Positions 40,330 to 51,561 of a stretch of DNA of 64,000 bases are shown here, in pieces. Each line of letters begins with the position of its first letter. Within the stretch, counting starts at the first letter, position 1. The stretch comes from Nematocida ausubeli. Lineage: Eukaryota. The position numbers were made by a program, and so were the translations under genes. The notes below the pieces were generated by a model. That model had not been told where the DNA came from. It searched no databases and saw only the letters and a list, made by a program, of their open reading frames with translations. The stretch covers positions 661,156 through 725,155 of the forward strand of contig NW_026515634.1 of the NCBI RefSeq assembly GCF_000738915.1. The letters are read 5' to 3'.

Positions 40330-41309
40330 GCACATGAATAAATTCAGGTTCATGAAGGTTTTACTTTTACTCTTTTACTTTTATACCATATAGAGTTTAT
40401 TATAGATTTTATAACGGGAAATTATACACTGTAGATTTTACTATAGTAGGAGTTATAATAGTAGGATTTATAACAGTGGGATTTATAACTGACTTTATAG
40501 TAGAATTAGTATAGTAGTAGAATTTACAAAAATAAATTTATAATAGTAGAGTAGTACAGTAGTAGAATTTATAAAAAAAGAAATTCACAATGAAATTTAC
40601 ACTAGAGTATTATAGTAGAATTTATTACAAAAGAAATTTACAATAGAGTATTACTACAAAAGAAATTCACAATGAAATTACAATAATATAAACCATAAGT
40701 ATATTCTAATGAATAATCCTCTTATATGTATATATGTATGCTTATACTACTGTACGTACAGTATATCTCGTTTAAATTAGTCTGGGATACATGAAACCAG
40801 AAAGTATGAAATTAATTTATATTATTACACTAACTAGAAGTAATAAGCACAGGATATATACAAAGACACCTCCAGTTGACTGCAAATAATTACCCTTACT
40901 CTTCTTAGACTACTAATACACTATACTTCCAATAAGAAAATCACCAAATAACATAATTTCATCAATATTCTACAGACCCAATTATACCCCACTAAATAAC
41001 TCCCTTATATACGAATATTCCATCTACTCTAGTACTTCCAAATAGAAGAAATAATATATTTTCAAAAAGTTCTTTTTCATACAAGCACAAAACAGAAATA
41101 ATATTCCAGTCAATTAATAGTAGTATAAGACTAGATATAGATACTTATCAAAAGTGCTCTATTTTTATCACTTTTTTGTTTTAGTCTCTCTACTACTACT
41201 AAATAATTCTACTAGTAGTAATTTTAAAGAAATTTTCATCTTGAATTTTCTTGTCGACAACAGTACAACAGTACTAGTATTCAAATAACCTTTTGTCTTT
41301 CTATTACTT

Positions 41310-41455
41310 GTGAATATTTCTTACTATTGACACTCTCTCATTATATTACTATTTTCATACAATTATTAGTCTTCTAGTATACGAAGAATATTTCAGAATG
41401 AAATTTAGAGTGAAAGTCTCTTGAGTCTCATAATAACCATGATATATTTTACCAT
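41310..41455 (+). repeat. Dispersed non-coding repeat, copy 3 (partial; a possible 5' remnant TTTTTATCACTTT lies at ~41162)
   Basis: ATTTCTTACTATTGAC, TAGTCTTCTAGTA, GAATATTTCAGA and GAGTGAAAGTC..GTCTCA.AATAACCATGA are shared with copy 1. Confidence 0.75.
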
Positions 41456-41505
41456 TAATGCCTTTTATTTAACTTAATTAGTCATTTTTACATCTATATA
41501 TATCT

Positions 41506-41550
41506 ATGCCTATATACGCCTATATACGCCTATATACGCCTATATACGTC
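41506..41550. repeat. 10-bp tandem repeat (TATATACGCC)x~4 upstream of the MFS gene
   Basis: Read directly. Confidence 0.9.
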
Positions 41551-41605
41551 CACCAATTACCACACCTATTTAACCCCCAAAAAAATTATTATTTCTCATT
41601 TCATT

Positions 41606-43333
41606 ATGCCAAGAAAGGAAGGGAGCGTAGCACAGTGGGTTTTATTCCCAGCTGGAGCAGGATATTCAATATGCATGGCCCTAAAGGGTAAACTAGGTCT
41701 AAATGAGAATATTCTCAAACAGATATTCATGCCATGCAATTACGCAGTGTCTTGTATAATTATTTTGGCTCTAATTTTAGTCACTGACAAAAAGTCAGTT
41801 AGTAAACTGAAAAAGATATACAGTAGTATATTTGTGCTGTCTGCAGTATATATCATGGTAGCCAGATTATTCCCAGATAGTTTCATTAATAGATGTGCTA
41901 CAATTGCACAGCACTATATAACAGTCTATTTCATCTGTGGTTCTATTTTCGCATGGGAAAGACTGCCACTTATTTCAATGCTTTCAAAGGAGATTTCTCC
42001 TAATACGCACTGGGACTTCAAGGTAGGATATGCCGTGTTGAATGTAGCCATATACTCTACTCATACGTATTCTTTACACTTTTTCAACAGTCAATTAGAT
42101 CTATCCATCTGTGACTATGGATATTTCGGGTGTATGTCTGTCTTCTACATGGCAAATACACTCATTGGTCCATATGCTGAGAGAAATAGAGCAACAAAAA
42201 AGACAACTATTTTTCTGACTTTGGCTTCATCCTTTGTCTATACACTATTCTTGGTGATTCGTGTTTTAAGCAAAGGTTCTGTCCCAATGATCCCTATATA
42301 TGCCCTGTTTGCTGTTTATCTTGTCTTACTTTCTGCTATTTTTCCGTTATATGATGTTCTTGTTTTGAACCATTTAGAAAAAGAATATAAAGAGATGGAA
42401 CTGGCTGAGAGGAAGGAAATATTCACTCGTATTAGACTATGGGCATCGATTGGTCATGCTATCTCAGGCATGGTTATTTCATATCTTTATAAGACACTTG
42501 TTGCTAACCCTACTGCTATCTCCAAGAAAGATGTACCATTTGAGCTTTTTGTTGTTCTGATTGTTGTCGTTGTATGCAGTGCTGTTTGTTTTGCAGGAAT
42601 TGTCCATAGATCCCTTGAGGAGAAAACGGATATTTCAACGAGTTTATTTAAGAAAAAAACCGTTGTAAAAGATGTCACTACGCAGGCTGTAGAGGTATCT
42701 GAAGAAGTGAAGAAACCTCAGAACCTTCTGAGGGACCCAAATTTCCTCTTTTTGATCTTTGTCATCACTGCAATTGGAGTCACAAGAGGGATTTCTTCTC
42801 ACTATTTAGTCACTTACCTCTCAGTTTACTTTGAAGTTGAATTTTCCAAAGTCACTTCTATCTTGTGCATCAGAACTTTCAGTGAAATGTGCATTCTTTA
42901 CTACAGCAAGCACCTTCTTAGGTTCTTTGGTTACCATTGGCTGCTTCTTTTTTCTCTTTTGGCTGCTACCTTGAGAGACTTTAATTACGCCTTGCTTCCA
43001 AACAGGTATACAATACTTTTTGCAACAATTAATGAAATGTTTAAGGGAATTAGCTCATCCTGCCTTATATTTAGTGCTGTAAATATAGTAGATGAACTTG
43101 CTGATAACAGCAACAAAGCCGTTGCTCAGACATTTTACAGTGGATTTTATAATGGAATATCCATTATGGTTTCTTCTCTTCTGAGTATTGGAATTATCAG
43201 GTGGTTTAAAGACTTTAGGTCACTTTTCCATGCATCATCCACAATTGGGTTTATATGCAGCTCCATTGTCATTATAAAATACGGTTTCATCGATAGAAAA
43301 CTGCAGCTCAGAAAGAGAGAAAATATTAAGTGA
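41606..43333 (+). CDS. MFS transporter, NupG/MFS_1-like (candidate nucleoside/nucleotide importer)
   Basis: More than 12 TM helices; FP.YD, F.RIRLWASIG, SEM.IL and E.FKG motifs typical of the NupG/MFSD6-like clade. Confidence 0.8.
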   Translation: MPRKEGSVAQWVLFPAGAGYSICMALKGKLGLNENILKQIFMPCNYAVSCIIILALILVTDKKSVSKLKKIYSSIFVLSAVYIMVARLFPDSFINRCATIAQHYITVYFICGSIFAWERLPLISMLSKEISPNTHWDFKVGYAVLNVAIYSTHTYSLHFFNSQLDLSICDYGYFGCMSVFYMANTLIGPYAERNRATKKTTIFLTLASSFVYTLFLVIRVLSKGSVPMIPIYALFAVYLVLLSAIFPLYDVLVLNHLEKEYKEMELAERKEIFTRIRLWASIGHAISGMVISYLYKTLVANPTAISKKDVPFELFVVLIVVVVCSAVCFAGIVHRSLEEKTDISTSLFKKKTVVKDVTTQAVEVSEEVKKPQNLLRDPNFLFLIFVITAIGVTRGISSHYLVTYLSVYFEVEFSKVTSILCIRTFSEMCILYYSKHLLRFFGYHWLLLFSLLAATLRDFNYALLPNRYTILFATINEMFKGISSSCLIFSAVNIVDELADNSNKAVAQTFYSGFYNGISIMVSSLLSIGIIRWFKDFRSLFHASSTIGFICSSIVIIKYGFIDRKLQLRKRENIK

Positions 43334-43648
43334 AATTGAATTTACTTGCACATATATTCCTGGAGTCACTGAAGCTGGAATGTGCCTTCATATGGCTTAT
43401 TATTAAATGAATATTTATGCTAATTCTTGTTCTTTCTTGTAGCTGTTTACTGTGGTTTCTGTTTAGTTTGGTTTTCTTTGGTTTCTTGTGGTTTTTTGTG
43501 TTTATTTCTTATGAATGGTTTGGTCTCTGGTCTGATGAATTTGGATTGTTTTAATATGTCTGTATTTGTGCTTATTTATGGCTTTGTTCATTCGAATATT
43601 CTATTTCCTGCAATTTGTCTTATTCTGGCATTATTCCTTTGGCTTTCA

Positions 43649-44069
43649 AATTCCTCCATTTTTGGTAATTTTATGTCTATAAATAGGCGTGAAAATGCGA
43701 AAATATGTGATCACATCGCCAAGGAGGAATTGTCTGGTTGGAGTACTATATATCCTGAAGGGAGATGACTGTGATGCAACGAGTAAAAATGCATTAAGGT
43801 ATCTTGTGCAGAGGTTGAATATCAGCACTCTTGAAGGAACTTTCCGAAAAAAAGAAGTTCTTTATGGATTAATATAAGCAATTATCCAATCTATGCCATC
43901 AAAATGATCTCCTGATGGTTTCTTCCTTGGCTTCTGCTGTGGAAATTCTCGGATTGAGACATTACGATGCATTTTTCAATTGTATTTATATATGAAATAT
44001 TGAATGACTTTTTAGTGTCTCTGAGGTAGACTATGTAGATGGTCTACCTGGGGTAGGTCCCCTTTCTAT
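43649..44069 (+). ncRNA. Candidate large structured non-coding RNA (multi-hairpin, multi-junction), family unassigned
   Basis: At least 8 stems in a GC-enriched intergenic stretch. Several contain G-U pairs that only work on the + strand (see findings). Confidence 0.5.
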
Positions 44070-45200
44070 TTAAACTCTTCTTTGAGCCTGAATTTAAAAT
44101 TGAAATTATTCAGTATATTAAGACTGTTCTATTATGGCCCTTGGATGGAAATATTTCAACAGGAAATGGTCTATTCCATTGTATACTCCATGTACTTCAG
44201 ATAATTAAAGCACTTATTAATGAAATAGAAGAAATTAGTAGTAATTTAGTCAGAAATTCATGCTATAAGAGTATCTTCATAAGGAATGGGCTTATATGTG
44301 CACTAGGCACATGAATATTCCAGTTATATTTTGACTATATCCCACCTTACTTCCAATACAGAGACTCTTTTAATATTAATATTCTTAAAATATGCTAAAA
44401 ACAATGTCTTAATTCATTTCCTGCACAAAAATACTCCTATTTCATTGGTTATTTATATATTTACTCCTATAAATACATATAATTTACAATCCAAATGATT
44501 TCTTATTTTAGTTAAAATATCCCAGAATAATTTCACTCCATGAAGAGAATCTAAAATGTCTTCCAGAAAGAAATTAAAAAATAAATAAAAGAGTTTTAAA
44601 TAGGAATATTAAAGAACCAATAAAACACCCACTATAATAACCCAAAATTAACCAGAATATAAACCAATAAAACTACAATATAGACTAATAATTAGCTAAA
44701 TAATCAGCCAATCAAACCCTACATATAATATCCAAATATATCTACAAATTATAACCAGATATAACCCGACAGTGTAAGATATCAACACCTCTAATTTTAA
44801 TCAGAAATATTTCAGTCTTGTGGTAAAAATACCACTTTCATTATTCTGAAGCCACAAGAGTCCATCAATGAGAAATTCAACTTCTGGAAGAATTCCTCGT
44901 ATACCAGAGACTAACTATATAATAGTAAGAAATACATCCAGTAAAAATACAAAAAATGACAGTTACCAACCGAAAAAATACAAAAATATAACACTCTGAA
45001 TAACTACTCCTATTAGAGTCTAAAATACTACTATCTCCAGACTATCTCGTCACCCTCTTTGTACACTTCAAGTCTAAACATACAGTAACATCAATAATAC
45101 CGGTATATTACATATTTTCCGTTATATGCAAATATTTTACATTTCCATCTAATTACCACGGGGTAAATCATATATATTCTCAAATTTTTTTTGCTGGAAA

Positions 45201-46376
45201 ATGAGCGCAGTAATTACAGAAGTAGTCACTCACGTTGGACAAGTATTAACAACCAGTGCAGATGCAGGAAAAGTATTCGGGTTATTTGGGAATGGGATTG
45301 GGTGCATAGTCACTAGTAGCACGGCAATTAGTGTTGCCACAGCAGCAGTAGGTGTCTTAGTGCATGTGGCCATGATGTGGTTTGATATTTCCCAGACAGC
45401 AACCCCAAAGAATCCAAATGTAGTCATAAGCCTAGCAGACCTAACACGTGAAAGATTCTCAGATATTTTACAAATCGCAAATAATACCGTTATTTCATTA
45501 TCTTTATTGCAGAATATAGGAATAATGATAATTTCCGTTATTTCTGCAATATTCATCCATGTTATGGTTACTTTCTCTCTGATAGAGACCTCATTGGCTG
45601 CAGGAAAAGTAGTTGGAAGGGTAGCTTCAGTGGCAGGAATGAAAGATGCAGTAGAGTACCCAGAAGAAGGGGCTGGTTTCATGAGGGAAGATGTAGATGG
45701 TGATACTCCTGGATATTTTTCAATTAAAGTATCCCGGGTGGGTAGATTTGTCAGTATATTTTCATTCTCAAAGTACGAGATTCTTATGATGGCACTGAGG
45801 TCTTCATGTCTTGTTGTAATTGGGTTTGTTGTTATGTGGCTTGGTTCTGTCTCATTAGGATATCTACTACCTAGTCTATTTGGTACTATACTAAGACCAA
45901 ATTTAGTTGGGTTAAGTTCTTGGTCACTCATGGGCTTAGATGCTCTAACAGGCACTGAGTCTATGGGTCTTGTATCTGCCTTATTCTCTGGATTAATTGA
46001 TTGGGCTACAACGGTCTATCTGCTATTTATTGTTTTCTTTAAGAATACGCAATATTTAACGAATATTATTCTATCCTTCATTACTACTCTATTTGTAATA
46101 CCTGCATTCTACTCTCTTGCACGCCTTAGACCAAAGGAGTCTATAAAGAGTACTGCTGACTCTGCTATATATGTTGCTTGTGTTTTACTGTCAATTTTCC
46201 TGGGGATGGCTACTCTTATTGTTATGTTGTACCCTATTCGTGTAATTTCACTTGTATTTCCGTTAATTCAAAGAATTTTGGAATATCCATTGAGAGTCAT
46301 TGCATGCACCTCCAGTAAAGCACTTGATCAAATTGATGCTGTAAGAATAATTTCATCAGGGAATGTGCCTGTGTAA
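45201..46376 (+). CDS. Multi-pass membrane hypothetical protein
   Basis: 391-aa ORF with about 7-8 hydrophobic segments; no family recognised. Confidence 0.75.
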   Translation: MSAVITEVVTHVGQVLTTSADAGKVFGLFGNGIGCIVTSSTAISVATAAVGVLVHVAMMWFDISQTATPKNPNVVISLADLTRERFSDILQIANNTVISLSLLQNIGIMIISVISAIFIHVMVTFSLIETSLAAGKVVGRVASVAGMKDAVEYPEEGAGFMREDVDGDTPGYFSIKVSRVGRFVSIFSFSKYEILMMALRSSCLVVIGFVVMWLGSVSLGYLLPSLFGTILRPNLVGLSSWSLMGLDALTGTESMGLVSALFSGLIDWATTVYLLFIVFFKNTQYLTNIILSFITTLFVIPAFYSLARLRPKESIKSTADSAIYVACVLLSIFLGMATLIVMLYPIRVISLVFPLIQRILEYPLRVIACTSSKALDQIDAVRIISSGNVPV

Positions 46377-47145
46377 GTGCTAGTATTCACTCACTCTTCA
46401 TATCTTTAGATAAAATATCTGATTATTTTGATGGAATATTTAAAACCCTTCAGATATTTAAATACATCACAATAAAATTATCTACAGTATAGAAATTTTA
46501 AAAAGATGTGTTAGAAATAATTTAAATTATAGATCAATTAAGACACTTCTACCGTTATTCAAATATAATAAACACTCACTCATAATGCATTCTACATATT
46601 CTAGACTAAAATATACTCTCTCATATGCAGATATACCTATTTTTATGTCAATAAAATAATACTAAAGTGTTTCTGTCCCTTCCCCCATACTGCAACATAG
46701 TTCAAGCACAGGTATAGTTTAGTCAATGAAATATTTCCCACATACTACCCCATATATCCTATGTCTATCTATGGTATTTGATATTTTATCCACTAAATAT
46801 ATCTGCAATATAATTAGTATGTTATTTCTATCTATATTACCATATATCTAGGTGAATTCTATAAATATTCTTTTCTATCCTTCTAGTACTCTAGTACTTT
46901 TTTAATATTTTCTTTCAAAAAAAATCTTCTAGTAGAGAAGTCCTTTGGCTTCTTGAATACTCAGTGCGTCTGGATATACTAATAGAATTAAATTTAATTT
47001 GTTTAATTTGCAGCCTAATAGAGTCTAGTCAGCCTAAGATACGAATACTTTCCTGACTATTCAGTCTATTTCTTTAAGTTTCTTGCATAATCAGACTGTG
47101 AAATATAAAATGCAGTGAATTTGCAAGAATATTTATGTAACCAGT

Positions 47146-47721
47146 TTATTTCTCTTCTGGAATTCCTTCAGGAACCTCACGGGAATCAGCCAAATCACGC
47201 TCTCTACCAGAAATAATGGCAGATCTCTTCCTGCCAAAGCGTGCATTGATGGTTTTCCCATAGAAGTTTTGATTGTTCAGTCTCTCCAAGGCAACATCTC
47301 TGTCCTGTCTGCATATGAACTCCAATAGTCCATCTCCAGATGGAAGTATTCTTAGATATACTGGCCGTGCACCACTCATTAGAATGAATGACCTAAGTTC
47401 TGCCCAGTCCAAGTCCTTTGGAAGGTTCTCCAAGATAAGTCTAGAGACCCGTCTGGGTGCTGGTCTTTTTTGCTTGTACATGTACCTCCTTCCAAACTCT
47501 CCTATACTGCCTCTCTGGCCCTTTGCAGTCTCAATTACTATCTTGTTTCCGTTCATTTCATGGGTGTCTTCAAGGATCTTGTTACCAATATCCTCATCTA
47601 CTGTAGCAAACCCATATGAACTGTATAGTTTAAGTGCTTGTACCCTTCCATACTGTGAGAGATAGTCCTCTATCTCTTTCTCTTGTGAAAATTCTTTTAA
47701 TCCGCCGATATACAGTTGCAT
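47146..47721 (-). CDS. Two-RRM SR/Npl3-like RNA-binding protein lacking an RS tail
   Basis: RRM1 (LYIGGL, YGFA) and pseudo-RRM2 RLILENLP.DLDWAELRSF, similar to the SWQDLKD motif. Confidence 0.8.
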   Translation of the reverse strand: MQLYIGGLKEFSQEKEIEDYLSQYGRVQALKLYSSYGFATVDEDIGNKILEDTHEMNGNKIVIETAKGQRGSIGEFGRRYMYKQKRPAPRRVSRLILENLPKDLDWAELRSFILMSGARPVYLRILPSGDGLLEFICRQDRDVALERLNNQNFYGKTINARFGRKRSAIISGRERDLADSREVPEGIPEEK

Positions 47722-48714
47722 TGCTATGTGTTTATTGTAAATAAAAAATAAATAAATACATGAGATAGTAATCTAAAACATCGATAAGACCAATGTTTAT
47801 TTGTTGTTCTCTTGAAGGAAAAAGGAATTGAGACTTTTCAGGCTTTTTTGCACAACTCAAAATCAAAGAATGAAATTGTAGAAGATCCTTAAATAGAGCT
47901 ATCCATGTACTCTTATAGGATTTTTGTAATAATTCTTATGGAAGTTCTATTGAAATATTATCTTAGATTTCATTGAAATTTCACAAACAAATGAATATTT
48001 TATAATTAAATTTAGAAGAATTCTTTATGGTCTCGGTCTTATTATGGATCTATTTGTACATTTACTATTGTGCTTAGTCTATTCGGGTTATTGCGTATTT
48101 CTTGGGTATTTGTATTTCTAGGATATTTTTGGTTTTAAATGGATATTCGGGTATATTAGTAGTGAGTGTCTTCCTGGAGGGTTTATATTTATAGAAATAC
48201 ACCGTGGTGTAAATATAGTCAGGAATACACCATGGAGTATTTCTTGTTCTGCATAAATTACATACGAAGAGACAGAATATTCAGGTGGAAATTTCACTAA
48301 ATGTATATAGATACACTTGAGCACTTGGTTTCATGAGGGTTATAGTTTATGCAGTGAAATTTACTGTGGTTTATGAAATTTACTGTAATTTATGGTGTAA
48401 AATACGTTTTGATGTGAAATTTACTGTAAAATACGTTATAAAATATACTGTAAAATATACTGTAATTTACACTATGTGCTATGCTATGAACACACCGCCC
48501 TTTCTTGCTATACTCATTGAATTATGTGAGTGCCTGTTTTCATGTTATTTCCATGTTATTCTTTGGGTGATTTTCCATCATTTATTTAAATATTAACCAT
48601 ACATTTTGTAACTGTAAAAAAACAAATCTGAACACTTTCAAGTTATTTTAAAATAATCTATAAAAGATACGGGTTAAATTTCAAGGGAAAAAGACTATTT
48701 ATCTGTCTGATGGT

Positions 48715-49314
48715 TTATTTGGACTTCCCAGAAACAGTCTTGCTCTTCTCGCGTATGCGACCATATAAATATCTAATCCCTGGGATGTATGTCACAAGGC
48801 CAATTAGAGTCAAGATACTTCGCATATAAACCATCAAGAAAATCTCACAGAAAATTCCAACTGGATACAAGATCAAAGAAGAGATGTATCTGGGCTTCTT
48901 AAGAAGGTGACAACCGTAGTATAAAAAGCGAATCATATCAGAGACACCCCATATAAGAGCCATTAGCCCTGTGATAATTCTATTGTTATGCGTACAAGCA
49001 CATCTGGAAATAAATACGCGAGAACCTATCTGCATAGCAGATGTCACAAAGCACTGCGAAGTTATTCCGAATACAGAAAGAATCAGCTCAAACATATACA
49101 ATTCCTGCGCTATGACAAGAGTGTTTTGATATGTCTTCCGGGAATATCCACTAAGAAAGAAGAGATACTCCCGGGGAATAAATAAATCAAATGACTCAGA
49201 AAGAAGATCTAACCCAATAGAGATAACCAACCAAGATACAGCCATTCCAAATAGGTTGAAAAAAACTCTCACTAAATAAAGAGAAAAGGCCTTCTTAAGG
49301 ACAGACACTCCCAT
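48715..49314 (-). CDS. PHS1: Very-long-chain 3-hydroxyacyl-CoA dehydratase (Phs1/HACD/PTPLA)
   Basis: T.MQIGSR, W.VSD.IRF.YY and RY....LYPVG...E motifs. Confidence 0.85.
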   Translation of the reverse strand: MGVSVLKKAFSLYLVRVFFNLFGMAVSWLVISIGLDLLSESFDLFIPREYLFFLSGYSRKTYQNTLVIAQELYMFELILSVFGITSQCFVTSAMQIGSRVFISRCACTHNNRIITGLMALIWGVSDMIRFLYYGCHLLKKPRYISSLILYPVGIFCEIFLMVYMRSILTLIGLVTYIPGIRYLYGRIREKSKTVSGKSK

Positions 49315-49350
49315 TAAAAATAGTAAAACTTTTTTGAAATAATTAAATTC

Positions 49351-51150
49351 ATGGAAGAATTAATGAGTAGAATTTCGGGGAAAATAATCTCATACCCAGA
49401 CTGCATAGAAGACATCCAGGAAATAATACTAAAGACAGACCAAGAGAGCTATCACTATTGCATTGTCTATTTGCTTCTGTTGAAGGAGCAGATCATAAAA
49501 ATACCAGAAACAGAAAAAGACAAAGATGTCTTCAATGATTACTTTGAGAGACTGAAGGCACATGCCAGGAAAGTATCAGGCACAGAGTGGTTGCAGATGA
49601 TTGAAAATGCAGAATATTCAGTCTACAAGGAAGAGAAAGAAGAAGAGAATAGACTGGATCTTTTGATAAATTTCGTGATGGAAACCCTAATAAGAACAAG
49701 TACAGCAGATATGGAGAGACTAGTAGATGGATATTTGCAGGAGGAAATGAATGACCCAAGGACAGAGACTAAGACACAAATAAATGTGTCTCTTGTGGTA
49801 ATTGAAGAAGTACTAGATAACTTAGCAAAACTACCAGAGAAAGAGGCCAGGGAGAGTGCAAAAACAGTCTCTATTCTACTGACAGAAGAACACGTTCCTC
49901 TTCTCCTGAAGTACTTAGGGAAACTTTCAAAAATAATTCTTATTTCTTTGTACTTGAATAACAGACTTGTCTATGATGCACTCCACAGGGAATTTATTAA
50001 GACGCAGTCACTAGAGGAAATGACACTGTTAGTAGACTTCCCAGAGATAGATATAGATGAAGTCATTGTATATTTATATAAGAACAGTGGAATATTGAAG
50101 GTTTTAGATGCGATTATTAAAACTCGTTTGATTCACCGTGAAAAAATAGTAAATGCCGTTATAGAATATATAAAGACTGGGTCTAGAACAAAAACTATCG
50201 GGTTTATACGGGAGAACCTTGGGTGCTTCCTTGAGATAATTGAGAAGATTGGGCTAGGATGTGAAGAAGTTCTCTTTTTAGCAGAGAAAGAAAGTTCGTT
50301 ATTAAGGTACGCATTCCAGATGATGGCTGAAATTAAGTCAGAAATGACAGATAAGAAAAAAAAACCGTTAAATTTGCAAAAAAAAGAAAAAAGACTTTCA
50401 AACCTTATCTCTGCACTTTCAACTGAATTAAGCAATGGATCAGATGAAGAAACAAAGGAATTTATCATGCAGTCACATGAGATAGACCCAGATCTTCTGA
50501 GTAAAGTATGCATTGGTCTATTCCGGGCAAAACAACCATCAGATGAAATTAGAAGTGCTTTATCAAAATTAGTCACAAAAAAAACCTCAACGTCTTTTGT
50601 TTTCACAGCCATGCCGTATCTGAAGGATATACAGAAATACGACTTAATGGAAGAGTACTTAGTAGATGACGTATCACTCACTCTATTCACAAGAATTATT
50701 AAAAAGCCAGAAGAAATTCTCATGCAAGCGCACAAATTAAATATTCAGCCAGGAAAGAGAATAATTCACTTGTGCTTTGCAAGACCAGAGATATTCACAG
50801 ATAGAATACTCTCCATGGCCATTGAAGAAATCACAAAGATGGATGTACTGCCTGCTTTGTTCATGGAGACAGTAAAGAATTCACTGAAATTATTTTCGAA
50901 TATGAAGCCATTCTTGGCTACCCTCATAAAGAGAGAATGGACTAAATTATTCACAAATAATCAGGCAGAACTACTTGCCCTGTTAGAATCCGTTGGTCAG
51001 GCTGCCCCAGAGATACTTTTGACAGTAGATGAGTCTGAACTGACAAAAATAATCAGTAAATCCAATCTCTTACAGAAAAGAGTCAAGGAATATCTGATAA
51101 AACAGCCAGCCTACATACAGAACAAGTATAAATCACTGTTAAACCCATAG
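49351..51150 (+). CDS. Symplekin-like 3'-end processing scaffold (C-terminal domain recognisable)
   Basis: PEEILMQAH, LCFA.P.IFT and LPALFMETV..SL..F..M..F match the symplekin C-terminal pattern. Confidence 0.7.
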   Translation: MEELMSRISGKIISYPDCIEDIQEIILKTDQESYHYCIVYLLLLKEQIIKIPETEKDKDVFNDYFERLKAHARKVSGTEWLQMIENAEYSVYKEEKEEENRLDLLINFVMETLIRTSTADMERLVDGYLQEEMNDPRTETKTQINVSLVVIEEVLDNLAKLPEKEARESAKTVSILLTEEHVPLLLKYLGKLSKIILISLYLNNRLVYDALHREFIKTQSLEEMTLLVDFPEIDIDEVIVYLYKNSGILKVLDAIIKTRLIHREKIVNAVIEYIKTGSRTKTIGFIRENLGCFLEIIEKIGLGCEEVLFLAEKESSLLRYAFQMMAEIKSEMTDKKKKPLNLQKKEKRLSNLISALSTELSNGSDEETKEFIMQSHEIDPDLLSKVCIGLFRAKQPSDEIRSALSKLVTKKTSTSFVFTAMPYLKDIQKYDLMEEYLVDDVSLTLFTRIIKKPEEILMQAHKLNIQPGKRIIHLCFARPEIFTDRILSMAIEEITKMDVLPALFMETVKNSLKLFSNMKPFLATLIKREWTKLFTNNQAELLALLESVGQAAPEILLTVDESELTKIISKSNLLQKRVKEYLIKQPAYIQNKYKSLLNP

Positions 51151-51561
51151 AATATTTAGTATATTCTATTGAGTTAATATTTCATGCTATTAAAAATCCA
51201 TTTGTATCATTAGATTTCTCTCTTTATATTCTATACAAAAAAGTATCTCTTTCAGTTATATTCAATATATATGCATATTATTATGATTTATCACATCCTA
51301 TCTAACCATTTCATCAGATATCCATTTATACCAACTAATTCATCTTAGTATTATTCCATCCATAGAAACACTCTTAAACAATAATAAAAACACCAGTAAT
51401 TTCACCTGTACACCCCTATACACTACTATATACTACCTGTCTATTCTACATAAATATTACACATATTCAGTATACCCTATATTCTCAGTGATTTCTCTCT
51501 CTCCCGAATATTCTCAATATTTTTCTCAAATATTTTCACTTTTTCTCTCTTTATAATTTTC

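Noticed and set aside
43427..43877. Small ORFs 43427-43768, 43646-43828 and 43689-43877
   Set aside because: Weak or alternative starts, T-rich low-complexity translation and no motifs; the region is better explained by RNA structure.
43939..44069. Assignment of the structured region to RNase P, SRP RNA or a group I intron
   Set aside because: Only partial motif hits (GGAAATTC, a GNAR loop, AGACTA). The required partner elements (CR-V, SRP helix 8, P7 3' strand) were not found.
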